A stretch of 63,154 nucleotides of DNA, filler included, from Reclinomonas americana ATCC 50394 (lineage: Eukaryota): assembly GCA_048213135.1 (NCBI GenBank). It is 24 parts of 24 records of this genome, joined end to end, with 100 filler letters (N's around TTAATTAATTAA, not from the genome) between each part and the next. Parts side by side here need not be neighbours in the genome. Positions count along the whole stretch, not along the records: positions 21,541 to 26,535 come from AFZH01024542.1; positions 26,636 to 27,799 come from AFZH01024543.1; positions 27,900 to 29,235 come from AFZH01024544.1; positions 29,336 to 30,530 come from AFZH01024545.1; positions 30,631 to 31,878 come from AFZH01024546.1; positions 31,979 to 34,560 come from AFZH01024547.1; 18 more parts are not named here. One strand, given 5' to 3'. Both the position numbers and the translations under genes were made by a program. Positions 21,441 through 34,445 of this stretch are shown in pieces. The notes beneath the pieces are model-generated. The model did not search any database, was not told where the DNA came from, and saw only the letters and a program-made list of their open reading frames with translations. The stretch's first letter is position 1. Each line of letters opens with the position of its first letter.

Positions 21441-21540
21441 NNNNNNNNNNNNNNNNNNNNNNNNNNNNNNNNNNNNNNNNNNNNTTAATTAATTAANNNN
21501 NNNNNNNNNNNNNNNNNNNNNNNNNNNNNNNNNNNNNNNN

Positions 21541-23940
21541 ATGCAAATTGCTCTCAGCTTCTTCGGCTGGAGCATCATGTCGCCGTTTTTCTCGACGGAG
21601 CTCTCGAGAAACACTCAGCGACATGAAGGCCACATGTGTTTCACATTGAACGAGTGGTCTCTGAGCGCTAGCGACAACAGCGACGTGATCGAGGGAGCTG
21701 CTGGTCTCTCATGAGCTCGCAGCAGTGCTTCGCTGGCCATGGCGGGTTGGTGGGCAATCGCATCGCGTTGGTCACTGCTGCCGTTCATTGCTTCATCTCA
21801 CTCACTCCCACGCATCAACGCGCCACGCAGCGACACGCACTGATCACTGACTGGAGAGCACCACATTCACCAATGCATCGGTGACAGCCGGGGCTGAGCA
21901 CGGCTTGCTCACTATCGTGCCATTGTAGACGACGCTCTCCAGCGAGAGCGCAACGGCGTGAGACCGCCATGCGTCGTGTCGGCCTCAGTCGACGCCATTG
22001 TGCACCGCCGGCACCGTACCTGCACCACCAACCACACGGAACGAACGTTGACGCTCAAGGTACTCGCTGTCGGCCGGTGGTCGACCAGCTGCGCCCCACC
22101 ACAAGTAATGCTGACCGCGCACGACACGATGGAGTGGTCAAGCAAGTACAACCACACCTCCTCGGTCGTGTCTGCCTCCACGTACACGCCGATCAGGAGA
22201 GCGGCACAAGCAGCAACCTTGCAGGCAGACAGAATCGATCGTGCGGCGAGAGACGCGACGGAACGCAGTGCGCACTCTCGGTCGCGCGTCAGTCGAGCAC
22301 GGTAAGATGTACAACCGTCGCAGGATGACAGAGAGCACCTACAGTGTCGACCGCAACAGCAGCGGCAACATTCGTGGCCCCGGGGCCCTGGCATCTGCAG
22401 TGGGGGCGCAGAAAGAGAGCGCGCGCGGGTGAGCACGGAAACACAACAGATCGCCGCCGCCGACCAACTACGCACCTGGCACTCGCGCGCTACATGCACT
22501 CTGCGGTACTGCTCACCTCGAGGTCTGTCTTCTTCTCATCCAGAGGATACTGTGCGCACCCAACCACGCCGATCAGCAAGCATTTCGTTGCCTCGACTGC
22601 TCGATCACACACGTCGACGACGGCCACGCGCGGCGGAGAGCCACGGCACATGCTGTTCCGTGCTGCTTGTCGCTTCGCACGAACAGCGACATGCACGTGC
22701 AAAGCAGTCTCATCCTGTGCATCATCGCGTGAGTGCGCTGACACTTGCGTGACTGCCGATACGGCTCCTCCAGAGGGTGACTCCCCTCTCTCTCCCTCTC
22801 ACGGACACACGCGCACACGCAATCGCGCACGACGCCCACACACAACATGCACATTCAACACGCACACGAACGCACCTGCAACACTGCCGAGGACGGCAGA
22901 CGGGCGACGCCGACTGCGTGGCCGGCGGCGATCGCGATTTGTCATGGCCGACGTCGACTGCGACAGCATCCGCGCTGCGCCGCGTTCTCACTGCAGATGT
23001 CGCGTTTGGATCGACCACAAACTCAGGTGTCGAGCACGTGCGGGCACTCAGAGCAGCGCGCGACAGAGTTGTCGACTGCTTCCGAGAGGCCCTGCAGATC
23101 GCATGCACTCGCCAGTCTGATGGTGTGGTGGCGTCTCCTGCATCCATGCAGGAGCTGCCTGGCGATGTGCTGTTCCACCACGTGCAGGAGACTTTCAGGA
23201 ACCGCCGGCGTCAGCTCTCGGCGAGACTGAAGGTGGCCGAGAGGGGAGGCGAAGACGCGCACCGCGTGAGACAAGTGGTAATAGAACACTGGGTTGCTAT
23301 CGCCGAGCGAGGTGAAGACGCCAGAATGAACACTGAATGACCCCCCGTCACTGTCTACTCTGGCTCCCAGTGAGTGAGAGCATCCATGTCCAGGTTGAAC
23401 AGGCTGCGCCCCGTTTACCATCGACATGGCGATGGTAAACCACGTGGTTTTTTTCTCGGTCGACTGAATTTGGAACAAAACTGGAATGTCCCGCGGCGTT
23501 TCTCTCCCTGGGTGACACCTGTGACCCCGGTAGTGTGTGCTCTCCACCCAACAACGCGTCGGCAACAAGAGGCACTTTGCCGCTTGCATAGTGAGTGAGG
23601 GGAACAGAAGTTAGCTGAATTTTATTTTGCAGACCGAAGCTGAGCACAATGTCATGCAAATTGCTCTCAGCTTCTTCGGCTGGAGCATCATGCCGCCGTT
23701 TTTCTCGACGGAGCTCTCGAGAAACACTCAGCGACATGAAAGTCACATGTGTTTCACATTGCACGAGTGATCTATGAGCGACAACAACGATGTGATTGAG
23801 GGCGTTGCTGGTCTCTCATGAACTCGCTGGATGCTGGCGGGTTGGTGGGCAATCGCATCGCGTTGGTCACTGCTGCCGTTTATTGCTTCATCTCACTCAC
23901 TCACAGACATCAATGATCCACACAGCGACACGCATCGATG
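21541..23940. repeat. Diverged direct repeat, about 290 bp (21541-21842 and 23654-23940)
   Basis: Both copies begin ATGCAAATTGCTCTCAGCTTCTTCGGCTGGAGCATCATG and align with substitutions and small indels. Confidence 0.9.
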
Positions 23941-24363
23941 ATACACACGTAAAACGCAGTGCCACTATTGGGGAAGCGAGCCTCGATCTCCGTCGTCTCG
24001 CCGCAGCCCCACCCAAACAAATCGGTATAATTGAGCGCCGGTTCGTCAACATGCTTCAGGAAACCGCGCACTCCGGCATCGGCGCGATGCCCACCACCAA
24101 TCGCCTCCTCCGCCTCGGCAAGTGCTCTCCTGTAAAGCTGGGAATGCGCACTCACGTTAGCTCAAGCGAGATGTCGACTGCAGCTGACAGTGCGGTTAAC
24201 GTTCACTCACGTCTTCCAGCGCGTGCGTCCGGAACAAGTAGTCAGTGAGCTGTAGCGTAGACGCTTGAATCGTGTTGGCAATGACTGTGAATGCCAGCGT
24301 GCGGTGCCGGCACCATGATCGCGAGAGAGAAGGAGACAGAGGGAGAGAGGGGGAACGCGCGCA

Positions 24364-26005
24364 TCAGCACCAAACAAGTGGTCGTCCATGCATGCAGGAA
24401 ACAAGCACGCAACGAGCTGAGAGCAAATCACGCCGTTCAGGGTTGACGACAACCGCGGGCGCCTTCAACGGGAAGAGCATGACGTGCCGGTGGATATACG
24501 ACAGTGGAATGGCCACACGGAGTGGTTGCCGAGATCGGTAAGTCAAGTTCGGCGATGCAGCCGGCACTCGCCACGGGTGAATATCGTAGAAGACACGGGT
24601 GTTGACCATCGATGAGTGGGCCAAAGCAACGGCAATCCGGTCAACATCCGGGTCGCCTCTGGAACGCCGCGCTTCGTCGCTGTCCGACGCCTCCACCAGG
24701 AACTCGACAATTGCCACGCAGTTCACGAGTGCCGCCGAATGCGTTCCGTGACGCTGACCGCGAACGACGGCGTACGATTCGCGCAGCAGAGGGAACGCGA
24801 GCGCCATGTTCCTCGTGATGTGCCGACGCGAGTGTGCATCGTCGCGTTCGTATCGAATTGGAAGGAGGAGGAGCTTGAGTATCTGAGCAGGCCCAACCAC
24901 ACCGGTGTGCGGGTTCACCGCCATGACTGTCGAGTTGCTGTAGCGGCTCGGCTTCAATCGTTTGCCGCTGACGGCGTCCAGGCGACCCGGATCCACAGGA
25001 GACAGCGGCACGTGGGCGTATCCACCTCCGGTTATTGACGCACGCCCTCGAGTCACGGCAACCGAAATACGCAGACGATCCACTTCGTGCGCCACCAGTG
25101 GTGAGTCCAGGCAACGGCTGAAATTGTGTAACTCGGCGACAGCGCTCGCTCGAGTCTGATCGGGAGGCAGGCCAACGGTGGCTTCCACGTGGCGGACGAA
25201 GCAGTCCGAAATGAGGGACAGCATCGTTGCGCCGACGCCATCCGGCTCCATGTCAGTCAGCACCGTGGGTTCCGGGCAGTCGAACAGAGTGCGCACACCG
25301 CCCACCACACTGACAGGCACAGTTGGCGATTGACGAACGACGAAGTCGATGACAGAGCCGGCAGCGTTCGACGTCTGCGAAGCGCACACTGAGTGACACA
25401 CACTCACTGTCTGTGCTACAGCCTGGTGAATGAACGACGCACCGTCACGGCGCCAGTGGAGAGACCAGTGAGGCTGCGCAGCAGAGGACGACGTGCTGTG
25501 GAACGCGGCACCGTCGCCGCTTCTGTGTGTTGTTGTGTCGGAGATTCTGTTTGTGCGGACTTGTCTGCACAATGCCACCACCATAAAAAAGAAAGAAAAG
25601 CAACAGGAGGCAAGCACGCAGACCGCTGAGAGAGCACGCACCCTCGTACTGCGGTCCGTAGATGCGCGGATACTTTCTCGCATTCAACAACGCAACATCA
25701 ATCTGGCGTTTCCACATCGTCCTTATCACACGCTCGTCTTGTGCAGTGATGGTGACAGTCGTCTGCGAGTCGAATGAGCCAGATCTAAATGAAGACGCGT
25801 CGTCCGCAGAGTGCTGTTGAGCGCCAGCATCGGCCCCTCTCGGCGACAGAGTGTGTGCAGGCAAGTGGCCACGCGATCGCGATTGATGTTCAGCGCGACG
25901 ATTGCGACGACGGCGATTGCGATCCTCATCGCTCGGCTCTCTACAGAGAGTACAGTCGCACACGGCAGGATCATCCAGCAACTCGCCACTCATCTTTCTC
26001 AGCAC
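24364..26005 (-). CDS. Hypothetical protein (two overlapping long ORFs, probably spliced; possibly transposon-derived)
   Basis: 439-aa and 186-aa ORFs of complex sequence with a plausible GT-AG intron between them; no family recognised. Confidence 0.35.
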
Positions 26006-26635
26006 GAGGACAATAGACAGGTTGCTGTGGACAGAGCCTCACTCGCGATATCCACTGCGTTTGATTCTTCGTGCGAGAGAGAATTATAGCCACACAACGC
26101 CGCATCAGTGTCGAGCGGCGTCGTTCAATACACTGGAGCTAGCAGGTAAGTGCGTGTTTCCCCGTTGTGCCATTCTCATGCACTGGCGTGGAGGGTGATG
26201 ATCTCTGACCGCGCACTGTGTTGGCCAACTCCCAGTGCGACTTTGGTGGCTTGAGCGATGCTGTGAGCGGGTATGTGAGTTTGTGTCTCTTCTCTCTCTC
26301 CCCTATTCCCCACCTTTCCAACCTCCTTCCCTCGCTCTCTTCTCCTCCTCTCCATCTTCGCAACGCAATTCTCACCCACACCTGCAGTTCGGTGCACCCA
26401 AGTGACAACACGCGTTGCACGGCCAACCATCTTCTGTTTCGCTGCAGCGGTATGTGAACCTGTGCGTGTCACCACTCCTTGTTGTTTGTGCAAGTGCGAC
26501 GCCTCCACATCGCTCACACGAGTGGGGTTTGCCTTNNNNNNNNNNNNNNNNNNNNNNNNNNNNNNNNNNNNNNNNNNNNTTAATTAATTAANNNNNNNNN
26601 NNNNNNNNNNNNNNNNNNNNNNNNNNNNNNNNNNN

Positions 26636-29600
26636 CGGTACGTGTTGGAGCGGGCAACTCGCTGGCACACCCAGTAGGGGTTGCCGGGCTCCAACTGCAG
26701 CGGCGCCGTGGTCGCAAACGTGATTTGCGTCGAGGCCGGCGTCCACAGCAGACCGGGCTGGCTCGGCGGCACGTGCGTGCAAGAGGCGTCGTCGAAGACG
26801 GCCATCTCGTCCACAGTCGGCAGACCGTAGCCCTGCAGCGAGCTAATGATCTGCGACTCCACGCCACCAGTAATCGTCAGCGGCTGCTGCGGCACGATCA
26901 GCACAGAGGTGATGTCGATGGCGGCCAGAGGTGTGTACGTGTTGATCAGCGGATCATTGTCATGCCAACGCACGCACACAAAGTAGCGACCAGCGGTCAC
27001 GCTGGTGCCGATGCTCAGATCCACCAGCAACCGGCTCTCCAGTCCGGCCGAGTCCACACTGAACTGCGACACGGACGAATTGGGCTCGGGGGATGTTGGG
27101 GCACGGGGCAGTGGGGTCCACAGTCTCGCTGAGAATGTACGAGCCCGCAGAGTAGGCGCCGACAAAGCCGGCACCACGCAGCGTCACCGTCAGCACCTGG
27201 TGGGTGGCGGCAAACGCAGGTCGGATGGGAGTCTGCGGGTAGTTGGCGGCCGCCACGTGCAGATCCGAGAAGGTGCGGAAATGCGTGGCACCAAGCACGA
27301 GCTGGCACAGGTAGTAGGTGCGGCCGGGGGTGAGCGCGAGCGGCGAGCCACCCATGTTGAACTGGATGCGAATGTTGTTGACCAGGTACATGGCGTTGAC
27401 CGGCACATCCGGAACCGTCGGCTTGGTCGTGCAGTCGGGATTGGTGAACACGTCCATCTGCTGGACAGTGTCCATACCCGCGCCCTCCAGCTGGATCACC
27501 TGGCTGTGCACGCCGTTGGTCACAATCAGCGGCGAGAACGGCACCAGCAGCTGCGCGGTGATCTCAAAGGCCACCAGCGGCGCGTACGTGTTGTTGACCA
27601 CGTCGTTGTCTTCCCAGCGCACGCAAATGTAGTAGCGGCCCGGCACCACGTAGTCCATGCCGGCACCCAGCAGATCAAAGTCGAGGTACATGATCGTCGG
27701 CGATGCCGACGACTGCACAACGGTGCTGTTTGGGATCTTGACACCCGAGCAGATCTGGCTCGTGTTGGTGACGCTGGAGAGCATGAACGAATCGGCCGAN
27801 NNNNNNNNNNNNNNNNNNNNNNNNNNNNNNNNNNNNNNNNNNNTTAATTAATTAANNNNNNNNNNNNNNNNNNNNNNNNNNNNNNNNNNNNNNNNNNNNG
27901 CCGTGAGCACCGCTGTGACCTCGAAAGAGAGCAGCGGGGCAGAGGTGTCGCCACTGGCTCCGTGCCAACGAACGCAGATGCGGTAGGTGCCGGCAGGCGT
28001 GTTGCTGCCGAGAGACACCGCCAGATCCATGCCTTCGCCGTCGGCCTCCACACTCGACTGTGAGATGGAAGAGCCGATCACTGCATTGGCGTTGGAGCAG
28101 AGTGGTCCAGAGCCGCCGTCCAGGATGAAGGCGTTGAGCGCCGGAGCCACCGCAATGAAGGAGGTACCGAAGAGCGACACAGTGGCCACGCGGTTGGTGG
28201 GCGAGAAGGGTCCGCGGGTGATGCGATCCTCGGCGCGCGATGCAGAGGCCACGCTGAGGTCGGTAAACGGACGCCAGGCCACATTCACACGCTGGCAAAT
28301 GTGCAACACGCTGATGCCAATGGGCGCGCCCACCGAGCTGCTGAACAGAAGCGAGGTGCCGTCAAACGACACCGTCAGCGACGTCGGAGCGCCGGTGCAA
28401 GCCTTGGAGGAGAAGGAGGCGAAGCTCGGCAGAGTATTCGACGCCCCGAGAATAGTCGTGGCAATCGTCTGCGTGGCTGCCACTCCGCCCGTGATGACCA
28501 GTGGTGCAGGCGGTGCCTGCAGCACCGAGGTCACCTCGAAGAAGGCCAGCGGGGCGTAGGTGTTCAGCGGATCCGTGTCGTGCCAGCGAGCGCAGATGCG
28601 ATAGTTGCCGGCGGCGACTGGGTTGCCGCCGACGGCCAGATTGATGGCCACATGCAGCGCCTGGTAGGAGACAGCCGTGATCGACGAGTTGGGCACGATA
28701 TTGGCGAGGCTGCAGAGCGGCGGCGGATTACCGCTGCCAGGGTTCTCCAGGAAGAATGGCTGCGAGGCGCCAGTGTTCAGCAGACCAGTGCCGCTGATGC
28801 CGACCTGAGCCGTGCGATTGGTGCGGCTGTACGGGCCGTTGGTGATCGAGTCAATGACCGAGGTGGCGCTGGCCAGCACCAGGTTGCTGAGCGGTCGCCA
28901 TGCAGCGGACACGCGCTGGCAGATCATGTAGTTCGGTCCAGCGGTCAGTCCCGTGGTCGGTCCAAAAGTGAGACGCACACCATCAAAGGCGACCGTTGGC
29001 GCGGCGAGCAGAGAACCGGTGCACTGGCCCGTGGAACTGGCAAACACGCCAAACGTGGGCTTATTGGCATTCCAGCCCTCAATCTCGGCACCGACAATCT
29101 GCGCAGCGGCAACGCCCGCCGTGATGACAATCGGCGCCGACGGGCGCGACAGGTCGCCAACCACGTCGATTGGCGCCAGTGGCGCGTACGTGTTCAACGC
29201 CGTGTTGTTGTCCTCCCAGCGCGCGCAAATGTAGTNNNNNNNNNNNNNNNNNNNNNNNNNNNNNNNNNNNNNNNNNNNNTTAATTAATTAANNNNNNNNN
29301 NNNNNNNNNNNNNNNNNNNNNNNNNNNNNNNNNNNCCGCAGAGGACGTAGGCACCGGCTGAGGCGGGTCCGCTGCTGTTGAAGGCGGTGACCTGCAGCAC
29401 CACGCGGTCCGCGTAGGTCGCCACACCACCCGTCGCCTGTGCCACCGTGACACGCGCCACCGGGATGGAGCAGGTGTTGGTGGTGGCGAGGATGAAGGCG
29501 TTCTGGTCGGGCAGGTCGCCCTCCGTCGACAAGGTGTCGCGGAATCCGGCGCCGCGCAGGGTGATGGTTGTCAGCTTGTTGCTCGGCACGTTCGGCGGCT

Positions 29601-30966
29601 CAATGGCGTTGACCTTGGCGAGCGTGAAGAAGCTGAACGGACGGAAGGCAGCGCCACCCGGCACCTTCTGGCACAACTCCCACTTGTCACCGGCACGGTT
29701 GCCGGCGACGGTGGAGAAGGTGAGAGTCAGCAGCGTCGGCGAGCTGAGGATGCTGCTCGTCACCGACGGCGTGTAATCCGAAATGGTCTTGCAGCACGAA
29801 TCCGTATCGAACAGAGCGTACTGCGTGGCCGGTACGAAACCGGCACCCTCAATCTCCACCGCCGCGGCGGGGCGATCGCTGGTGACAGTGAAACCCTCGC
29901 CAGGCAAGTCCGCGCGGCCTGCACACGCGCCAAGTGAGGGCGACGATAATAATGTGCGTGCGATCAGAAAAACTGACGCTCACCTGTGATTTCCACGCTC
30001 AGCAGCTTGGCGTAGGTGGTGTTGCTTTGCCCTGCAGTCACAATTACAAAAAATCAGCTCAACTCTCTGGCGATGATTCTCAACGCGGAGAAGCATGAAA
30101 CGCAACAGGCATGGCACAGGTCGTAGGTGCCGGCACTGACAGGGGTGCTCGAGGTGGTGTTAATGTCCAGCGTCAAGCGAGTGCGGTGGTGGTGGCCGTG
30201 ATGGTGAATGTCGGCAAACACAACTGCGCCGCCGATGCTGGTGCCACCCAAGGCGGTGCCGCTGGCACAAGTGCCGGCCACCGCCAAGAAGAAGCGCTCA
30301 CCGTTGTTGTCGCAGCAGGTGAAGGACGTGCCGTGAATGGTAATGGTGCTCTGCGCATTGGTCGGCACGAACTGCGGTTCGGGATTCAGCGTCGAGGCCA
30401 CGGTGGCCACACGGATGGGCATGAGAGCCACACCCAGTGAGGGGATTCCAATGGACTGCGTGCTGCCGGCAAAGGCGCACAAGTAGTACTTGTGTGCTGG
30501 TGTTGCCAGAGGCTGCGTGGCGAACAGAGCNNNNNNNNNNNNNNNNNNNNNNNNNNNNNNNNNNNNNNNNNNNNTTAATTAATTAANNNNNNNNNNNNNN
30601 NNNNNNNNNNNNNNNNNNNNNNNNNNNNNNGCCGACGGCACATCATCCAGCGTCAATGGCGGCGGCGGTGTGCTAGTCGTCACCACCACCTCAAACCTTT
30701 TTTTGCGTGCGTGTGTGCGTGCGTGTGTGAGAGAGATGGAGACACGCAGGGTATGCTGATGATGATTTTGGCGCGAAATGCCACTCTCACCGATTGGGGC
30801 CGACCATCTCCACTGACAGCGCAGTGGTGACGGCCGTGACATTGGGAGGCACAAAGGCGCTGCCCGGCGACGCCAGTGCACCATTGCCACTCAGCAACGC
30901 CAGTGCCAAGAGCACCAGCGAGGCAGTGGAAACCACCCAGAATACTACTGCTCCTCGACCAACCAT
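26636..30966 (-). CDS. Very large secreted/surface protein with tandem Cys-containing Ig/IPT-like modules, split over four contigs
   Basis: Signal peptide MVGRGAVVFWVVSTASLVLLALALLSGNGALA at 30966; recurring motifs GxYxxCxRWxD..NTYAPL..FEVT, YxICQRV...RPFS.L and T.TL.G.GF in contigs 26636-27799, 27900-29235 and 29336-30530. Confidence 0.75.
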
Positions 30967-31349
30967 GCGAGTGTGGCGCGAGTGCGAGTGAGAAAAACCT
31001 TGTGTCGTGTTTCCTTGTCTGCACGCGCGCACACGTGTGTGAGTGAGAGACAACGAGACAGTGTGTGTTTTGCGCGCCAAACGAGACCACGCAACTCACT
31101 CACTCCAGAGTGTGTGTGTGTGTGTGTGAGTGCGCAGACAAATGCACAAGAGACCCCCACGTGCGCACTAGAGAGAGAGAGAAGTGCACACTGTGCGGGG
31201 ACTTGTTGCGCTCTGCACTGCCCACCGACGATACTCAGTCAACACAAAAATGTGCAGCGAATTGGCGCGAAACCCACCCCCAATGGAAACACCGTTAAAG
31301 CGACATGAGTCATCACCAACGTCTTCTGCTTTGGTGAGAGAGAAAGTCA

Positions 31350-31878
31350 ATGGAGGCAGCACGCATCGCGACGATGCTGCCTCCGCTTGTGCCACCACCA
31401 CCACCACCACCAACAGATGGCGAAGCGGGGAGTGCACGGAATCGGCGGCAACGGCGGAGTGTGTCGCTCTTTGATCCGGCAGTGACTGTGCCTCCGGAGA
31501 ACATTGTGCGCCTGCAGCCTTCAGCGCCAGCCACCCCGCGACTGGCCGACGCGACACCTCCACGGAGACCGCCCCCGAACAGACGGGTCAGCGTGATGTT
31601 GCCGCCGAGTCTCCCGCAGACGGCACATGCGAGTATGAACTCGCAGCCACCACTACTGGAGGAGGAGAGAGCGGCGGCGACAGCGGCACGGCAGAAGCGA
31701 GCGCATTCCGTGGTGGTCGGCGAGGGCGTGTCGCGCTTGGTGCAGTCGCTGCGACTGGTCGATTTGCCGGCGGTGGCGGATGAGCATCGTCGACGCTCGG
31801 AGGTCGTTGGTGAGCGTTGTGTGAGAGGGGAATCAGAAGAGCGTTCGGTGGCTCACTCGTTCGCATCGCAGCGCCGCT
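31350..31878 (+). CDS. Hypothetical Pro-rich protein, N-terminal part
   Basis: ATG-initiated ORF divergent from the surface-protein gene; low complexity. Confidence 0.4.
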
Positions 31879-33689
31879 NNNNNNNNNNNNNNNNNNNNNN
31901 NNNNNNNNNNNNNNNNNNNNNNTTAATTAATTAANNNNNNNNNNNNNNNNNNNNNNNNNNNNNNNNNNNNNNNNNNNNCCAACACTGTGCGCGACAGGAA
32001 CAAAGGCAAGAAGAAACAATCAGATGAGAGAGCGGATTGTGAAGCAAGCTTAAGGGGACAGACATCGGCGAACGGGATGGAATGAGGAGAATGAGAGAGG
32101 AGTAGCGTGCTGCAACTACGTGGGTGCAAAGGAGAGAGAAGAGAGGGTAGGCACAAATCGGAATGGGGAGGAAGAGGATAGCAAGCGAGGAACGCGGCAC
32201 GGTGACGAGCAAGCATCCCTCAATCGACACGAAGCAGAACAATGCGAGACGAGAAGAAAGAGAGAGTGGGCGCACGGAGGCATGAACAATGCAAGTGCAT
32301 GACATGAAGGAAGGAGAAAAAGGCGGATCTTGAGAAGCGGACGATGGGAGGCATTGAAAGGGATGCCATTGAAGAGCGATCATCTGACACAGGAGAGAAC
32401 GAAACGAGGTGAAGGAGAAAGAGAGTGAGAGTGGGAGGAGTCGTGAAGGATACAAGTGAAAAGAGATCAAGGAAAGAGAAAGGGACCGATATGGGAGGTC
32501 TTTAAAGCACAGAGAGGTGCACCGGTGAGGAGAAGGAGAGTGAGAGTGAGAAGAGTCGTGAAGGATGCAAGTGAAAAAAGATCAACGAAAAGCAACAAGG
32601 GCGGCTCACGGGAAGGGGACAATGCAGAGGAGAGAGACCAAGAAGGGAAGGCAATGGAAGACACAAGAAAGAGCGAAACGAGACGAGGTGAGGAAAAGGA
32701 GAGTGGGAGGAGGCGTGAAGGAAGCAAGTGAATAAGACCAACGCGAGTGGATAATGGAAGTGAGGAAGAACGAGAGAGAAAAGAAACGTGAATTGCTCAC
32801 CTGCTCAGTATATATGTGAGACACAAGAACACAGTCGGCGTAGAGGCGGACAGGGAGAGATCTGAATGTGATGCTGGAGCGCGCCAGTGCGAGGCACATG
32901 CACACATCTCGTCGCCACGGCGCTCCGTCTCGCACAACGCAAAGGACATGCATGGCAGGCCTCACTCCCCTGCGACATGAGAGCGCATGTATGAGCAAAG
33001 AATAAAAGCAGATCAGCCAGCACTCGTGTGGCACCACCACAAGCACACACCGATCGACAGAAAATGCGTGTGGGCATTCGAGCAGTCAAGGGACACAGCG
33101 GCAAGTGACAGGATGCCGCCCAGCAGCACCTGCTGCAGTAGAGCATGTGGACCAGGCGAGTCGAAATGCGTCCCACATCTGTCGCAGAAGTGGCATCATG
33201 CGTGTCAGTGCATGACCATGCTGGTCGCCCTCCCTTCAACCTCAAATCGCACACGATCCTCTTCTCTCTCCACTCCTTTCACCGCCCCCGTCAACTCACC
33301 CCGCACGTGTATATCGTCGAACGCCACCAGCATCACCAGTTGCTGTGGAGGAGTGCGTGACGGTCGATCAACGCAGAGCCACCAACAGGAAGAACAAGAC
33401 GCGTCACATTGCGAATCCGGCGGTGGAAGACGACTGGCTCACACGAGCTCCCATCGATATTACGCCGACTGACAAGCGACGGTCGAATGGCACCGCTCTC
33501 ACACAATCATCGCCTGCAGGCAGAGAACGAGACAAGGTGAGCGTGGGCGCAGAATTGGGCGAAGAAGGAGGGCGTAGAGAGTGAATCGGTGAATCTGAAG
33601 CGAGAGGGAGACAGAAGAAAGCAACGGTGGCATGGCGGACAAGGGGGAGAGGGGGGAGAGGGGTACAGAGACAGGCAGAGTACAGGCAA

Positions 33690-34445
33690 GAGGAGGATGA
33701 AGACGGAAGGGGAGAGGGAAGATGCGAAGGAAGAGAAAGAAGAAAGCAGAAGAGAAGGGAGAGGCGTGAAGACGGAATGGGAAAGGGAAGACGTGAAGGA
33801 AGGGAAAGCAGAAGAGAAGGGAGAGGCAGAGGCAACAACAGAGCGATGATTCAACGAGGATGAAAAAGGAAGGGAAAGGGAAGACGCGAAAGAAGAGAAA
33901 GCAGAAAGAGAACGAAGAGGCAGAGACAACAACAGAGCTGATTCAACGAGGATGAAGACGGAAGCGACAGGGAAGACGCGAAGGAAGAGAAAGCAGAAAG
34001 AGAATGAAGAGGCAGAGACAACAACAGAGCGATGATTCAACGAGGATGAAGACGGAAGGGAAAGGGAAGACGCGAAAGAAGAGAAGAAAGCAGAAGGGGA
34101 AAAGAGGAAGAGACAACAGAGCGATGATTCAATGAGGGTGAAGACGGAGGGGAAGGGAAGAGGAGAAGGAGGAGAAAGCAGAAAGCAGAATAGAATGAAG
34201 AGACAGAGACAACAACAGAGCGATGATTCAACGAGGGAGAAATGGAAGGGAAAGAGAAGACGAGAAGGAAGTGAAGCGAAAGAGAAGGAAGAGGCAGAGA
34301 AAACAACAGAGCGGTGATTCAATGAGGGTGAAGACGGAAGGGAAAGGCAAGACGAGAAGGAAGGGAAAGCGAAAGAGGGGGGCGGAGGGGGAAGAGAGTA
34401 TGAGGAGGAAGAGATAACAGAGCGATGATTCAACGAGGGTGGAGA
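33690..34445. repeat. Purine-rich tandem repeat, about 90-110-bp period, core ACAGAGCGATGATTCAACGAGG
   Basis: Seven core copies near 33838, 33932, 34025, 34116, 34215, 34306 and 34417. Confidence 0.85.

Noticed and set aside
33830..34445. Regularly spaced conserved ~25-bp core with variable intervening sequence, CRISPR-like at first sight
   Set aside because: The spacers resemble each other and are low-complexity purine runs; the period is irregular; the context is eukaryotic; no cas genes are present.
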